Shown: piece by piece, positions 24,662 through 34,347 of the stretch | Position numbering within the stretch: the first letter of the stretch is position 1 | Layout of the letters: each line of letters begins with the position of its first letter | From: an uncultured Eubacteriales bacterium | GTDB taxonomy: Bacteria; Acidobacteriota; Aminicenantia; Aminicenantales; UBA4085 | Direction of reading: 5' to 3' | Assembly: GCA_964556755.1 (NCBI GenBank) | Contig: CAZKXI010000013.1 | Location: 2,009-66,008 of the forward strand | DNA length: 64,000 nt | Translations under genes and position numbers: made by a program | The notes under the pieces: model-generated | Told to the model about the DNA's origin: nothing | Seen by the model: the letters and a program-made list of their open reading frames with translations, nothing else | The model's database searches: none

Positions 24662-26365
24662 ATGCCCAACATCGGCGCCTATGACCAAGCGTATGCGGAT
24701 TTCTCCTGGACGATCGCGGAGAAAGAGCTCGAATACGAGCCCGGCTCGGTTCTCAACATCGGCTGGCACTGCTCCGATCGAATCTGCCTGAAAGGCCAGG
24801 GCGGCAAGACCGCTCTTCTCTGGGAGGGCCTGGGAGGAGCCGAGAAGCGATTCACCTACAACGATATCCGGGTGGCCAGCAACACCATCGGCCACTTTCT
24901 GCGGGGTCTCGGGATCACGGCCGGCGACAGGGTCTGCCTGTTCATGGACAAGGTGCCGGAGCTCTACCTGGGCGTCCTGGGCATCCTCAAGATCGGGGCC
25001 ATCGGCCAGCCGCTCTTCTCCGCCTTCGGCGACGAATCGCTGTTCGTCCGCCTGGAAAACGCCGGCACCCGGGCCATCATCACCCAGCGCAAGCATGCCC
25101 CCAAGGTCCGCAAGATCCTGGACAAGCTGCCAGCCCTGGAGCACATCATCATCGTCGACCACGACGGCAAGGCGCCTCTGCAAAGGAAGGAGGTCGCCTT
25201 CAGCCTGGACAAGGCCGCCCCCGTCGAGTCGATCGATATCCACCCGACCCTGGCCGAGTCCCCCTCCCTGCTCCACTACACCTCCGGGACCACCGGCCTG
25301 CCCAAGGGCGTCAAGCACGTCCACTACTCCCTCGTCTCGCAGTACCTGACGGCCAAGTGGGTCCTGGACGTTCGTCCCGACGACATCTATTGGTGCACGG
25401 CCGACCCCGGCTGGGTCACCGGCACCTCCTACGGCATCCTCGGGCCCTGGAGCCTGGGCGTCACCCAATGCGTCATGGACACCGGCTTCTCGGCCGAGGC
25501 CTGGTACAAGTTCATCGAGAAGCACAAGGTCACGGTCTGGTATTCCGCCCCGACCGCGATCCGCTCCCTGATGAAGGCCGGCGACGAGATCATCAAGAAA
25601 TACGACCTGTCGAGCCTGCGGCTCCTGGCCAGCGTCGGCGAGCCTCTCAACTCCGAGGCCGTGCTGTGGTCGGAGCGGGTCTTCGGCCGGGCCTTCCTGG
25701 ACACCTACTTTCAGACCGAGACCGGCTCCATCATGATCACCAACTTCCCGGGCCTGAAGATCAAGCCCGGCTCCATGGGCAAGCCCTTCCCCGGCATCAC
25801 CGCCACCGTCCTCGACCCCAAGACCTACGAGCCCTACCCCGAGCCCGGCAAGATCGGACTCATCGCCATCCAGCCCGGCTGGCCGGCCATGATGCGGACC
25901 TACTGGAACAACGAGGAGACCTACCGCAAGAAGTTCCGGAACGGCTGGTACATGACCGGCGACCGGGCCTCTCTGGATAAAGAAGGCTACTTCTGGTTCA
26001 TCGGCCGCGACGACGACATCATCAACACCGGCGGCCACCTGGTCAGCCCCTTCGAGGTCGAGTCGGCCCTCATTGAGCACCCGGCCGTGGCCGAGTCGGC
26101 CGTGGTCAGCAAGCCCGACCCGATCAACATGGAGGTCGTCAAGGCCTTCGTCACCCTCAAGCCCGGCTTCACCGGCAGCGCCGACCTGGACCTGGAGATC
26201 ATGAACTTTATCCGCAAGAAGCTGTCGCCGCTGGCCATGCCTCAGGAGATCGAGTTCGCCCCTTCGCTGCCCAAGACCCGCAGCGGCAAGATCATGCGCC
26301 GGATCCTGAAGGCCAAGGAGTGGGGCGAGGAGATCGGCGACACGTCCACCCTGGAAGACGATTGA
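24662..26365 (+). CDS. acsA: AMP-forming acetate/short-chain acid-CoA (or ACP) ligase, AcsA-like
   Basis: YTSGTTGLPKG, WCTADPGWVTG, SVGEPLN, QTETG, GRDDD, LPKTRSGKIMRR. Confidence 0.85.
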   Translation: MPNIGAYDQAYADFSWTIAEKELEYEPGSVLNIGWHCSDRICLKGQGGKTALLWEGLGGAEKRFTYNDIRVASNTIGHFLRGLGITAGDRVCLFMDKVPELYLGVLGILKIGAIGQPLFSAFGDESLFVRLENAGTRAIITQRKHAPKVRKILDKLPALEHIIIVDHDGKAPLQRKEVAFSLDKAAPVESIDIHPTLAESPSLLHYTSGTTGLPKGVKHVHYSLVSQYLTAKWVLDVRPDDIYWCTADPGWVTGTSYGILGPWSLGVTQCVMDTGFSAEAWYKFIEKHKVTVWYSAPTAIRSLMKAGDEIIKKYDLSSLRLLASVGEPLNSEAVLWSERVFGRAFLDTYFQTETGSIMITNFPGLKIKPGSMGKPFPGITATVLDPKTYEPYPEPGKIGLIAIQPGWPAMMRTYWNNEETYRKKFRNGWYMTGDRASLDKEGYFWFIGRDDDIINTGGHLVSPFEVESALIEHPAVAESAVVSKPDPINMEVVKAFVTLKPGFTGSADLDLEIMNFIRKKLSPLAMPQEIEFAPSLPKTRSGKIMRRILKAKEWGEEIGDTSTLEDD

Positions 26366-26398
26366 GCGTCCCGAATATCCCCTAAGGAGTCACCCACC

Positions 26399-26650
26399 AT
26401 GGCCGACGAGCTGAAGGACATCGTTCTCAAGTACGTCACCGCCGAGTACCTGGAAGAGGGCAGCGATCCCATCACCTACGACACCCCGCTCATCTCGGGC
26501 GGCATCGTCGACTCCTTCTCCATGGTCTCGCTGAAGCGGTTCCTGGAGAACAAGTACAAGATCAGCATCCCCGATGACCAGGCCACCCCCGAGGCTTTCG
26601 ACTCGGTCGACAAGATCGCCGACCTGGTCCGCCGCTTCACCCAGGCTTGA
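26399..26650 (+). CDS. Stand-alone acyl/aminoacyl carrier protein
   Basis: 83 aa, acidic; GGIVDSFSMVSL phosphopantetheine Ser (codon 26513); AFDSVDKI C-terminal motif. Confidence 0.9.
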   Translation: MADELKDIVLKYVTAEYLEEGSDPITYDTPLISGGIVDSFSMVSLKRFLENKYKISIPDDQATPEAFDSVDKIADLVRRFTQA

Positions 26651-26696
26651 GGCCGCGCCGCGCCGCCGCCGTTCCCCCCGCGCAAGGAGTCTAACC

Positions 26697-27944
26697 ATGT
26701 CCTATAACGACACAACCCGGGCCCTCTACCAGAACGTCCTCAAGGGTCTCCAGGAGGCCGGCCTGTTCAAGCAGGAGCGCTTCATCCACTCCGCCCAGGC
26801 GGCCGACATCGAAGTCGAGTTCCCCTCCGGCGCCTCGGTCAAGCCGGTCATCAACATGTGCGCCAACAACTACCTCGGCCTGTCGAGCCACCCCCAGGTG
26901 GTCCAAGCGGCCCACGAGGGCCTGGACAGCCGCGGCTACGGCATGTCCTCGGTTCGCTTCATCTGCGGCACCCAGGACATCCACCGCGAGCTGGAGCGGG
27001 TCACGACCGAGTTCCTGGGCACCGAGGACACCATCCTCTTCCCCTCCTGCATGGACGCCAACGCCGGCGTCTTCGAGGCCATCCTGACCAAGGACGACGT
27101 CATGATCTCGGACCGCCTGGTCCACGCCTCGCTCATCGACGGCATCCGCCTCTGCTCGGCCATGCAGGACACCTTCAAGCACGCCGACATGGCCCACCTG
27201 GAGCAGAAGCTGGAGATGCACCAGGACCGCCGCCTGCGGCTGGTCATCACTGACGGGGTCTTCTCCATGGATGGCGACACGGCGCCGCTGGACAAGATGG
27301 TGGCCCTGTGCGAGAAGTACAATGCCATGCTCCTGGTCGACGACTCCCATTCGACCGGCTTCATCGGCAAGACCGGCCGCGGGACGCACGAGAAGTACGG
27401 CGTCCTGGGGAAGATCGACGTCATCACCACGACCTACGGCAAGGGCCTGGGCGGGGCGACCGGGGGCTGCGTCTCCGGCCGCAAGGAGCTGGTCGAGATG
27501 TGCCGCCAAAAGGCCCGGCCCTATCTCTTCTCTAATTCCATCGCCCCCATGGTTGTCTCCGGCGTCCTCAAGGTCTTCGAGATCCTCAACGCCTCGACCG
27601 AGCGCCGCGACAAGCTGGAATGGAACGCGGCCTATTGGCGCAAGGGCCTGCAAGAGGCCGGCTTCGTCCTCAAGGAAGGCGACACGCCCATCGTCCCGGT
27701 CATGCTCTTCAACGCCAAGCTGGCCCAGGACTTCTCCCGCGGCCTCTACGAGGAGGGCATCTACGCGGTCGGCTTCTTCTTCCCGGTCGTGCCCCAGAGC
27801 CAGGCCCGCATCCGAACCCAGCTGTCGGCCGGGCACGAGAAGCACCATCTCGACCGGGCCTTGGATGCCTTCATCAAGGTCGGCAAGAAGCTCGACATCC
27901 TGGGCAAGACGCGCCAGGAGATCATCGACCGCTTCGGCATGTAG
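26697..27944 (+). CDS. kbl: Glycine C-acetyltransferase (2-amino-3-ketobutyrate ligase)
   Basis: [45 protein letters not shown] (PLP Lys), [14 protein letters not shown]. Confidence 0.9.
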   Translation: MSYNDTTRALYQNVLKGLQEAGLFKQERFIHSAQAADIEVEFPSGASVKPVINMCANNYLGLSSHPQVVQAAHEGLDSRGYGMSSVRFICGTQDIHRELERVTTEFLGTEDTILFPSCMDANAGVFEAILTKDDVMISDRLVHASLIDGIRLCSAMQDTFKHADMAHLEQKLEMHQDRRLRLVITDGVFSMDGDTAPLDKMVALCEKYNAMLLVDDSHSTGFIGKTGRGTHEKYGVLGKIDVITTTYGKGLGGATGGCVSGRKELVEMCRQKARPYLFSNSIAPMVVSGVLKVFEILNASTERRDKLEWNAAYWRKGLQEAGFVLKEGDTPIVPVMLFNAKLAQDFSRGLYEEGIYAVGFFFPVVPQSQARIRTQLSAGHEKHHLDRALDAFIKVGKKLDILGKTRQEIIDRFGM

Positions 27945-27952
27945 GAGGACCC

Positions 27953-28528
27953 ATGGACGGCAAGCTCGCCAATCCCGCCCCCCTCGGCCTGATGGGCTTC
28001 GGCATGACCACGGTCCTGCTGAACATCCACAACGCCGGCTTCTTTCCGGTCAGCGCCATGGTCCTGGCCATGGGCATCTTCTACGGCGGCCTGGCCCAGG
28101 TCATCGCCGGGATCATGGAGTACAAGAAGGGCAACACCTTCGGGACGACGGCCTTCACCTCCTACGGGCTGTTCTGGATGACTCTGGTCGCGACCTGGGT
28201 CATCCCCGGGACCAACGCGCCCAACGGCGGGGCCACCCCGGCCCCCTACTTGGGCTTCTACCTGGCCCTCTGGGGCGTGTTCACCTTTTTCATGTGGCTG
28301 GGGACCTTCAAGAAGAACCGGGCCCTCCAGTTCGTCTTCCTCAGTCTGACCGTGCTCTTCTTCCTCCTGGCCGCCCGCGACTGGCTCGGCTCCCCCGCCA
28401 TCGGGCGCTTGGCCGGCTTCGAAGGCATCGTCTGCGGCCTGTCGGCGATCTACCTGGCCATGGCCGAGGTTCTCAACGAGGCCAAGGGGCGGACGTTCCT
28501 GCCGATCGGCGAGATCAAGAAGGCCTGA
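27953..28528 (+). CDS. satP: Acetate uptake transporter SatP/YaaH (GPR1/FUN34 family)
   Basis: [35 protein letters not shown]. Confidence 0.93.
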   Translation: MDGKLANPAPLGLMGFGMTTVLLNIHNAGFFPVSAMVLAMGIFYGGLAQVIAGIMEYKKGNTFGTTAFTSYGLFWMTLVATWVIPGTNAPNGGATPAPYLGFYLALWGVFTFFMWLGTFKKNRALQFVFLSLTVLFFLLAARDWLGSPAIGRLAGFEGIVCGLSAIYLAMAEVLNEAKGRTFLPIGEIKKA

Positions 28529-28563
28529 GCGGGTCGGGCCGGCGGATCGGACGAAGGCGAGGA

Positions 28564-29820
28564 TCAGAAGAAGTAATAGACGGCGGCGAGCAGCCGCAGG
28601 TTCGCAACCCGAGAGTCGCCGCTCACCCGGCCTCCCGCGTCGGTTGGGCCGTAGGCGGCGGAGGTGTATTCAACCTCTCCCGCCAAGCGGACCGGGCCCG
28701 CGTTGAGCACGATGCGGGGCGCGACGCGGTAGAGATCCTTAATGTCGAAGCCCCGGCCGTAGACGGGGCCCCCAATCGTTCCGAGAACGCCCAGGTTCCG
28801 GCTCCAGCCGAGAAAAAGCCCGGCCTGGATCTTGCGGCCGTTCGTCGCCACATCGGCCCAGCCCGACAGGACTTCCATGGCGGCATAGTCGACCAGGCCG
28901 CGCTCCGCGTCCAGGACCGACTGAACCGCGTAGCCTCCCAACATGGTCAGGTGGTAGGGATTCTGTCCGTAGAAAGCCTCCAGCTTGAGAGTCAGGCCTT
29001 TGCTCCGGGCCTTGAAGAAGGCCATCCCCGACCAATCGCCGAGGCGCGCCTCGTCCATGTATCCGGACGCCGTCTGCAAGCGCGGCCGCAGCCGCTTATA
29101 ATCCCCGGCTGCTCCGATCAGGAGCTCGCCGCCGGCCCGCGTCTTCCAAGCCCGCTGGAGCTTCAGGACCAGCTCGGGAAAGGCGGCGTTGCGGGCGTAG
29201 GAGGTCCCGCCGCCGTCGGGGCCGGCGGAAGAGAAGTCTCGCTGGGACAGGGCCGCGGCTTGGAGGCTCCAGCGGCCGAAGGACCGGGTCAGCCGGATCT
29301 GGGGGGAACGGTTGAAGGGCTGGAACGGGGCGCCCGTGTTGAAGGAGACGACGTCCGGGAAGCTTTCGACCACGAACAGGGGGTGCCAATACTGCCCGAC
29401 AAGCAGCTCGGTGGCCTTCCACTCCAGCTTGAGGAAGGCGTGGCGGAGGCGGAATCCGTTGATGTCGGCCTCGGACGTCCCGAAGAACTCGGCCTCGATC
29501 AAGCCGGACGTCTTGGCTCCGAGGGCATCCGGCCCCGTGATCTTGCCCTGCAACCGGGTCTGCAGGGACAGAATGTGAAAGCTCGAGGCGGCGTTCAGAT
29601 CCCGCCCCTCCGGGTCCGGGACGACCGGCTTGGGATAGAGAAGGAAATGGCCCTCCCGCAGGCTGACGGTCTGGCGCGAGTCGTAGAGGATGTCGGTCTT
29701 CACGAAGCCGGAGAAGGAGATGCCGAAAGCGGGCTTGTCCTGGGCCGCGCCCGGGACGGCCCAGGCGGCCGAGGCAGCCGCCAAGGCCAGGAGAAGCCAA
29801 GGCCGGCGGATGGATATCAT
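28564..29820 (-). CDS. Outer-membrane porin, DcaP-like
   Basis: Signal peptide; FSGFVKTDILYD, QTRL, IEAEFFG, RLRHAF, GQYW; C-terminal YYFF. Confidence 0.7.
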   Translation of the reverse strand: MISIRRPWLLLALAAASAAWAVPGAAQDKPAFGISFSGFVKTDILYDSRQTVSLREGHFLLYPKPVVPDPEGRDLNAASSFHILSLQTRLQGKITGPDALGAKTSGLIEAEFFGTSEADINGFRLRHAFLKLEWKATELLVGQYWHPLFVVESFPDVVSFNTGAPFQPFNRSPQIRLTRSFGRWSLQAAALSQRDFSSAGPDGGGTSYARNAAFPELVLKLQRAWKTRAGGELLIGAAGDYKRLRPRLQTASGYMDEARLGDWSGMAFFKARSKGLTLKLEAFYGQNPYHLTMLGGYAVQSVLDAERGLVDYAAMEVLSGWADVATNGRKIQAGLFLGWSRNLGVLGTIGGPVYGRGFDIKDLYRVAPRIVLNAGPVRLAGEVEYTSAAYGPTDAGGRVSGDSRVANLRLLAAVYYFF

Positions 29821-29833
29821 CGCTCGTCCCTCC

Positions 29834-32530
29834 TCAGTCCAGATCCTTCTCGGCCTCGACCACCGAGCCGCCGGGATCGGTCGTCAGCCGGAAGCCCCTC
29901 TTCTCGAAGACCGCCACCATGCGAGGATTGTCGGAGTTCGTCACCGCGGTGATCCGGCGGACGCCCCAGTCCTTGGCGATGGCCAGACAATGATCGGTCA
30001 GCAGGCCGCCCAGGCCCTGGTCCTGCCAGGGATCGCCGACCAGGACGGCGTACTCGGCGGTCTCCCGCATCGGATCGGCGATCAGCCGGCCGACGCCCAG
30101 CAGCCGCCGCCGGCCCGCCTCCTCGACCTCGGCGACGATGGCCATCTCCCGGTCGTAGTCGACGTAGCAGTACCGGACGGCCGTGTCGTGGCTGGACCAA
30201 GCCGGGAAGCCCCGAAAGCGCATGTAGATCGACTCCCGGGAGCAGAGGCCGAGAAGCTCCAGCCAGAGCGGTTCGTCCTCGGGCTTGATCGGCCGCAGGA
30301 GGCACGGCGAACCGTTCGGCAGGGACGTCGCTCGAACCGCGTCCTGGGGATAGGGACGCAGGGCCAGATGGCGATAGGAAGCCCGCTCGGCCCGGCTGAA
30401 GCCCACGGCCGCGCGGTCGACCACGATCCGGGCGTCCAAGGCCGTGGCGCCTTCCGGAGTGACCAGGAAGGGATTGATGTCCAGCTCGGCGATCTCGGGG
30501 AATTCGGCGGCCAGGTAGGAGAGGCGGATGAGGGCCTCGACCAATCCGGCGACATCCAGGGCCGGCTTGCCCCGATACCCGTTCAGCAGCGGCCAGATCT
30601 TGAGCGACTCGAGCATGCGCCGGGCCAGGCGCTCGTTGAGGGGCGGAAAGCCCAGGGCCCGGTCGCCGATCAGCTCCGCCGCCGTGCCGCCCCAGCCGGC
30701 CATGAGCACGGTTCCGAAGACGGCGTCCTTCTTGGCCCCCAGGATCAGCTCCAGGCCGTCGCCGTAGCGGATCATCGGCTGGACGGTGACGCCGCGGAGG
30801 CGGGCTTGCGGCCGAGCGGCCGCGGCCGCGGCCAGGAGCCGGGCGAAAGATTCCCGGACGGCGGCCGCGTCGGCCAGCCCCAGGGCGACGCCGCCGACGT
30901 CGGTCTTATGGGTGATGTCGGGCGAGTCGATCTTGAGGACGACGGGATAGCCCATGGCGGCCGCGGCCGCGACCGCCTCCTCGGCCGTCGAGGCCGCGAC
31001 CGGGACGGCCACCTTCATACCGCAAGCCCGCAGGAGGGCTTTGGAATCGGCCTCCGAGAGGATCCCTTCCGAGGCGGCGAAGACCGGCCCGAAGCGGGCC
31101 CGGAGGGCCTCCCGATCCATGGGGAACTCGACGGGGACGTCCTTGGGCGTCTCGTAGAGGCTGTCAAGGTTCCGGGCGTAGCTGACCAGGGTCATGAAGG
31201 CCCGCACCGCCTGCTCCGGAGTCGGGAACGTGGGGATGCCGGCCTCGTTGAGGATGGCCGTCGCCTCGGCCATCGCCAGGCCGCCCATCCAGGCCGCCAG
31301 AACGGGCTTGTCCGATTCCGCCGCCGCGGCCGCCGTCTCCTTGGCCATGGCCGTCGGATTGGTCATGGCCTGAGGAGTGACGATCAGAAGCAGGGCGTCC
31401 ACGTCCGGGTCTTTCAAGAGGATACGGGCGGCCTTGGCCAAGCGCTTGGAGTTCGCGTCGCCCAGGACATCGACGGGATTGCGGCGCGACCAAGCGGGAG
31501 GCAGGACCTCGTCCAGGGCGGCCCGGGTCGACTCCCCGAGCCGGGCCGGCCGGCCCTGGGCGGCGACCAGGGCATCGGTGGCCATGACGCCCGGCCCGCC
31601 CGCGTTCGTGATGATCGCCAGGCGATCGCCCCGCGGCGATTTGGGTCGGGCCACCAGCTCGGCCGCGTCGAAGATCTCGCCGATGTCGAGGACCCGGACC
31701 AGCCCCGCCCGCCGGAACGCCTCCTCGTAGACGGCGTCTTCCGAAGCCAGGGCGCCGGTGTGGGAGAAGGCCGCCTCGGCCGACTCGGGGAACCGGCCCG
31801 CCTTGTAGACGATGAGCGGCTTGGTCCGGGCGAAGGCCCGGGCCGCGGTCATGAATCGGCGGGCGTCCTGGACGGACTCGACATAGAGCAGGATGGCCCG
31901 GGTCCCCTCGTCCTCGCCGAAGTAGTCGATGAGCTCGGCGAAGCCCACGTCCAGGGCGTTGCCGACCGAGACGAAATGGGAGAAGCCGACCTTCTCCTGC
32001 CGAGCCCAGTCCAGGACGGCGGTGCAGAGCGCCCCCGACTGGGAGATGAAGGCCACGTCGCCCGCCTTGGGCATGGCCGCGGCGAAGCTGGCGTTCAAGC
32101 GCCGGCCCGGCGAGATGAAGCCGAGGCAGTTGGGACCGAGGATGCGCAGGCCGGGGAACGCGGCGGCCTGGCTCCGGACGGCGGCCTCCAGATCCACTCC
32201 TTCGGGGCCTGTCTCGCGGAAGCCGGCCGAGACGATGATCAGGCCTCCGACCCCGGCCCGGCCGCACGCGCCGACCCAGTCCGGGACTTCCGCGGCCGGG
32301 GAGCAGATGATGCCCAGGTCCGGGACGGCCGGGAGAGACGTCAAGGAGGGCTGGCAGGGGATGCCGAGGACCGCCTCGTGGGCGGGACTGACCGGATAGA
32401 CCACGCCCGGGAAGCCGCCCAAGACGAGGTTGGAGAGGATCTTTCCGCCGACGCTCTTGGGATTGGGCGTGACGCCGATGAGAGCGATGCGGCGGGGCTG
32501 GAACAGTCGCTCCAGGTTATGGATGTTCAT
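29834..32530 (-). CDS. Acetate-CoA ligase (ADP-forming)-GNAT fusion; Pat/Pka-type protein lysine acetyltransferase
   Basis: LFQPRRIALIG, LGPNCLG, SQSGA, SHTGAL, NAGGPG, NPVDVLGDA, KIDSPDITHKTDVGGV, ELDINP; C-terminal GNAT LRPIKPED..WQDQGLG. Confidence 0.9.
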   Translation of the reverse strand: MNIHNLERLFQPRRIALIGVTPNPKSVGGKILSNLVLGGFPGVVYPVSPAHEAVLGIPCQPSLTSLPAVPDLGIICSPAAEVPDWVGACGRAGVGGLIIVSAGFRETGPEGVDLEAAVRSQAAAFPGLRILGPNCLGFISPGRRLNASFAAAMPKAGDVAFISQSGALCTAVLDWARQEKVGFSHFVSVGNALDVGFAELIDYFGEDEGTRAILLYVESVQDARRFMTAARAFARTKPLIVYKAGRFPESAEAAFSHTGALASEDAVYEEAFRRAGLVRVLDIGEIFDAAELVARPKSPRGDRLAIITNAGGPGVMATDALVAAQGRPARLGESTRAALDEVLPPAWSRRNPVDVLGDANSKRLAKAARILLKDPDVDALLLIVTPQAMTNPTAMAKETAAAAAESDKPVLAAWMGGLAMAEATAILNEAGIPTFPTPEQAVRAFMTLVSYARNLDSLYETPKDVPVEFPMDREALRARFGPVFAASEGILSEADSKALLRACGMKVAVPVAASTAEEAVAAAAAMGYPVVLKIDSPDITHKTDVGGVALGLADAAAVRESFARLLAAAAAARPQARLRGVTVQPMIRYGDGLELILGAKKDAVFGTVLMAGWGGTAAELIGDRALGFPPLNERLARRMLESLKIWPLLNGYRGKPALDVAGLVEALIRLSYLAAEFPEIAELDINPFLVTPEGATALDARIVVDRAAVGFSRAERASYRHLALRPYPQDAVRATSLPNGSPCLLRPIKPEDEPLWLELLGLCSRESIYMRFRGFPAWSSHDTAVRYCYVDYDREMAIVAEVEEAGRRRLLGVGRLIADPMRETAEYAVLVGDPWQDQGLGGLLTDHCLAIAKDWGVRRITAVTNSDNPRMVAVFEKRGFRLTTDPGGSVVEAEKDLD

Positions 32531-32585
32531 GGAGATCTCCGATCTTCAAGGGGGGCGCCCATTTTCCGTCAAACGAGGGGCGGCG

Positions 32586-33215
32586 TCAACGGATGCCGGC
32601 CAGGATCGCCAGCAATCCGGGCTCGAGCCGTCGCGCGGCTTGGCCGGCCGTCATGTCCGCCTCGACTTCGAGAGCGAGGACGGGGATGCCCTGGGCCCGG
32701 TAGTGGGCCTCCAGGGGCAGGGTTCGCTCCTCAAAAAGCCGAAGACGGTCGGCCACGCCCTTGGGGTCGTCGTCCGCCCGGCCGGCCCTGTCCCCTCCCG
32801 TGTCGCGCCGGATGCGCTCCAGAAGCACCTCCAGGCTGGCCTTCAGGCGCGCCACGGCCCGGACATCCACCAAAGGGGCGGCATCTCTGGCTTGACCGGC
32901 GTGGCGGGGCAGGCCGTTCAAGATCAGGAAGCCGCGAGCTTCCAGCCGCTCCTCTTGGATAAAGGCGGACAGGATGCTCAGGGCGATGGGAAACTGATCG
33001 TCCTCCAACAGGGCGCCCGAAGCCAGGACGCGACGGACCGTCTCCCGGTCGGCTGGACTCAGGCACCCCGTCGCCGCCGCGGCCGACCTCAGCCGCTCCC
33101 CGAAGTCGAAGTGGCGGCAAGGCCGTCCGCCCAGGCCCTCCCGCTCCCAGAAGCGTCCCAGGGGCGTCTTGCCCGAGCCTGTCGGGCCGAGGAGGAGAAC
33201 AGCTTCGGGGCGCAC
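32586..33215 (-). CDS. Short-LID nucleoside monophosphate (adenylate) kinase-like protein
   Basis: GPTGSGKT P-loop, FGERLR, LNGLPR..QA, RADD..RL..T.P. GTG start 7 nt after TATGAT. Confidence 0.7.
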   Translation of the reverse strand: MRPEAVLLLGPTGSGKTPLGRFWEREGLGGRPCRHFDFGERLRSAAAATGCLSPADRETVRRVLASGALLEDDQFPIALSILSAFIQEERLEARGFLILNGLPRHAGQARDAAPLVDVRAVARLKASLEVLLERIRRDTGGDRAGRADDDPKGVADRLRLFEERTLPLEAHYRAQGIPVLALEVEADMTAGQAARRLEPGLLAILAGIR

Positions 33216-33342
33216 GGCCCCGATCATACCACAGCCGGAGCTCGCCGGGACGACTCAGGCCCGCCGACAGCGGGACCGTTCAAGGCTTTGAGCGACGGAC
33301 CTTCCCGGAAATAGGCTAAGAGCCTTATAATAGGCGCTCACC

Positions 33343-34347
33343 ATGCGCGGCACGAACAGGGCTCTGCGGCTCGCGGTCTACGGGCTGCCGTTCCTCCTTC
33401 TGGCCGGCTCCCTGGCCCTGGGGCCGTTCCGCATCCCGTTGGCGGATGTCTTCAAAGCCCTGCTCGCGCCCCTCGTCCCGGCCTGGAAGGCCTCGCTCCC
33501 CCCCGACTATATCGGCATCCTCTTCGGCATCCGGCTGCCGCGGATCATCCTGGCCCTGGCCGCGGGCGCGGCCCTGTCCGTCTCGGGCGCTTCGCTGCAA
33601 GCCCTGTTCAAGAACCCCCTGGTCAACGAATACATCCTGGGCATCTCCTCCGGGGCCGGATTCGGAGCGGCTCTATCGCTGGTCTTCCTGCCGCATTTCC
33701 CTCCCCAGCTCCTGGCCTTCGTCTTCGCCGTGGCCTCCGTCCTCCTGGTCCTGGCCCTGGCTTCCCGCTCGGACACTCCGGCGGTCTCCCTTCTCCTGAC
33801 CGGAGTCATCGTCTCGGCCTTCTTCACCGCCCTGCTGTCCCTGGTCGAGCTCTTCGCCAGTCCCTACTCCCTGCAAACCCTGTTCTACTGGCTGATGGGC
33901 AACCTGTCGCTCCCGGGGTGGAAGCAGCTGCTGCCCTCCCTGCCGATCATCGCCGCCGGGATGCTGGTCCTCCACCGGATGCGCTGGCGACTGAATGTCC
34001 TGTCCATGAGCGACGACGAAGCCCGCTCCCTGGGCGCCGACCTGCGCCGGGAGAAGCTCGTCGTCGTCGGGCTGGCGGCTCTGATCACGGCCGCCGCCGT
34101 CTCCGTGGCCGGGATCATCGGCTGGATCGGGCTGATCGTCCCTCACCTCGTCCGAATGATGTTCGGGGCCGAGAACCGCCGCGTGCTTCCGTTGTCGGCC
34201 GCCCTGGGGGCCAGCTTCCTTCTGGCCGCCGACGACATCGCCCGCGGCCTGGCCTCCTTCGAGATTCCCGTCGGCGTCTTCACCAGCCTGATCGGCATCC
34301 CGGTCTTCATCGCCCTGTTGCGGCGGTCGTCCAAGGTGTGGCTGTGA
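33343..34347 (+). CDS. FecCD/BtuC-family ABC transporter permease
   Basis: IRLPRII, QALFKNPL, LGISSGAG, EARSLG, GIIGWIGLIVPH, EIPVGVFTSLIG. Confidence 0.93.
   Translation: MRGTNRALRLAVYGLPFLLLAGSLALGPFRIPLADVFKALLAPLVPAWKASLPPDYIGILFGIRLPRIILALAAGAALSVSGASLQALFKNPLVNEYILGISSGAGFGAALSLVFLPHFPPQLLAFVFAVASVLLVLALASRSDTPAVSLLLTGVIVSAFFTALLSLVELFASPYSLQTLFYWLMGNLSLPGWKQLLPSLPIIAAGMLVLHRMRWRLNVLSMSDDEARSLGADLRREKLVVVGLAALITAAAVSVAGIIGWIGLIVPHLVRMMFGAENRRVLPLSAALGASFLLAADDIARGLASFEIPVGVFTSLIGIPVFIALLRRSSKVWL

Noticed and set aside
24662-27944. Sphingolipid (Spt-ACP-acyl ligase) biosynthesis cluster
   Set aside because: The oxoamine synthase has canonical Kbl motifs ([22 protein letters not shown] rather than the Spt-type FSKS) and the ligase is Acs-like; only the layout is similar
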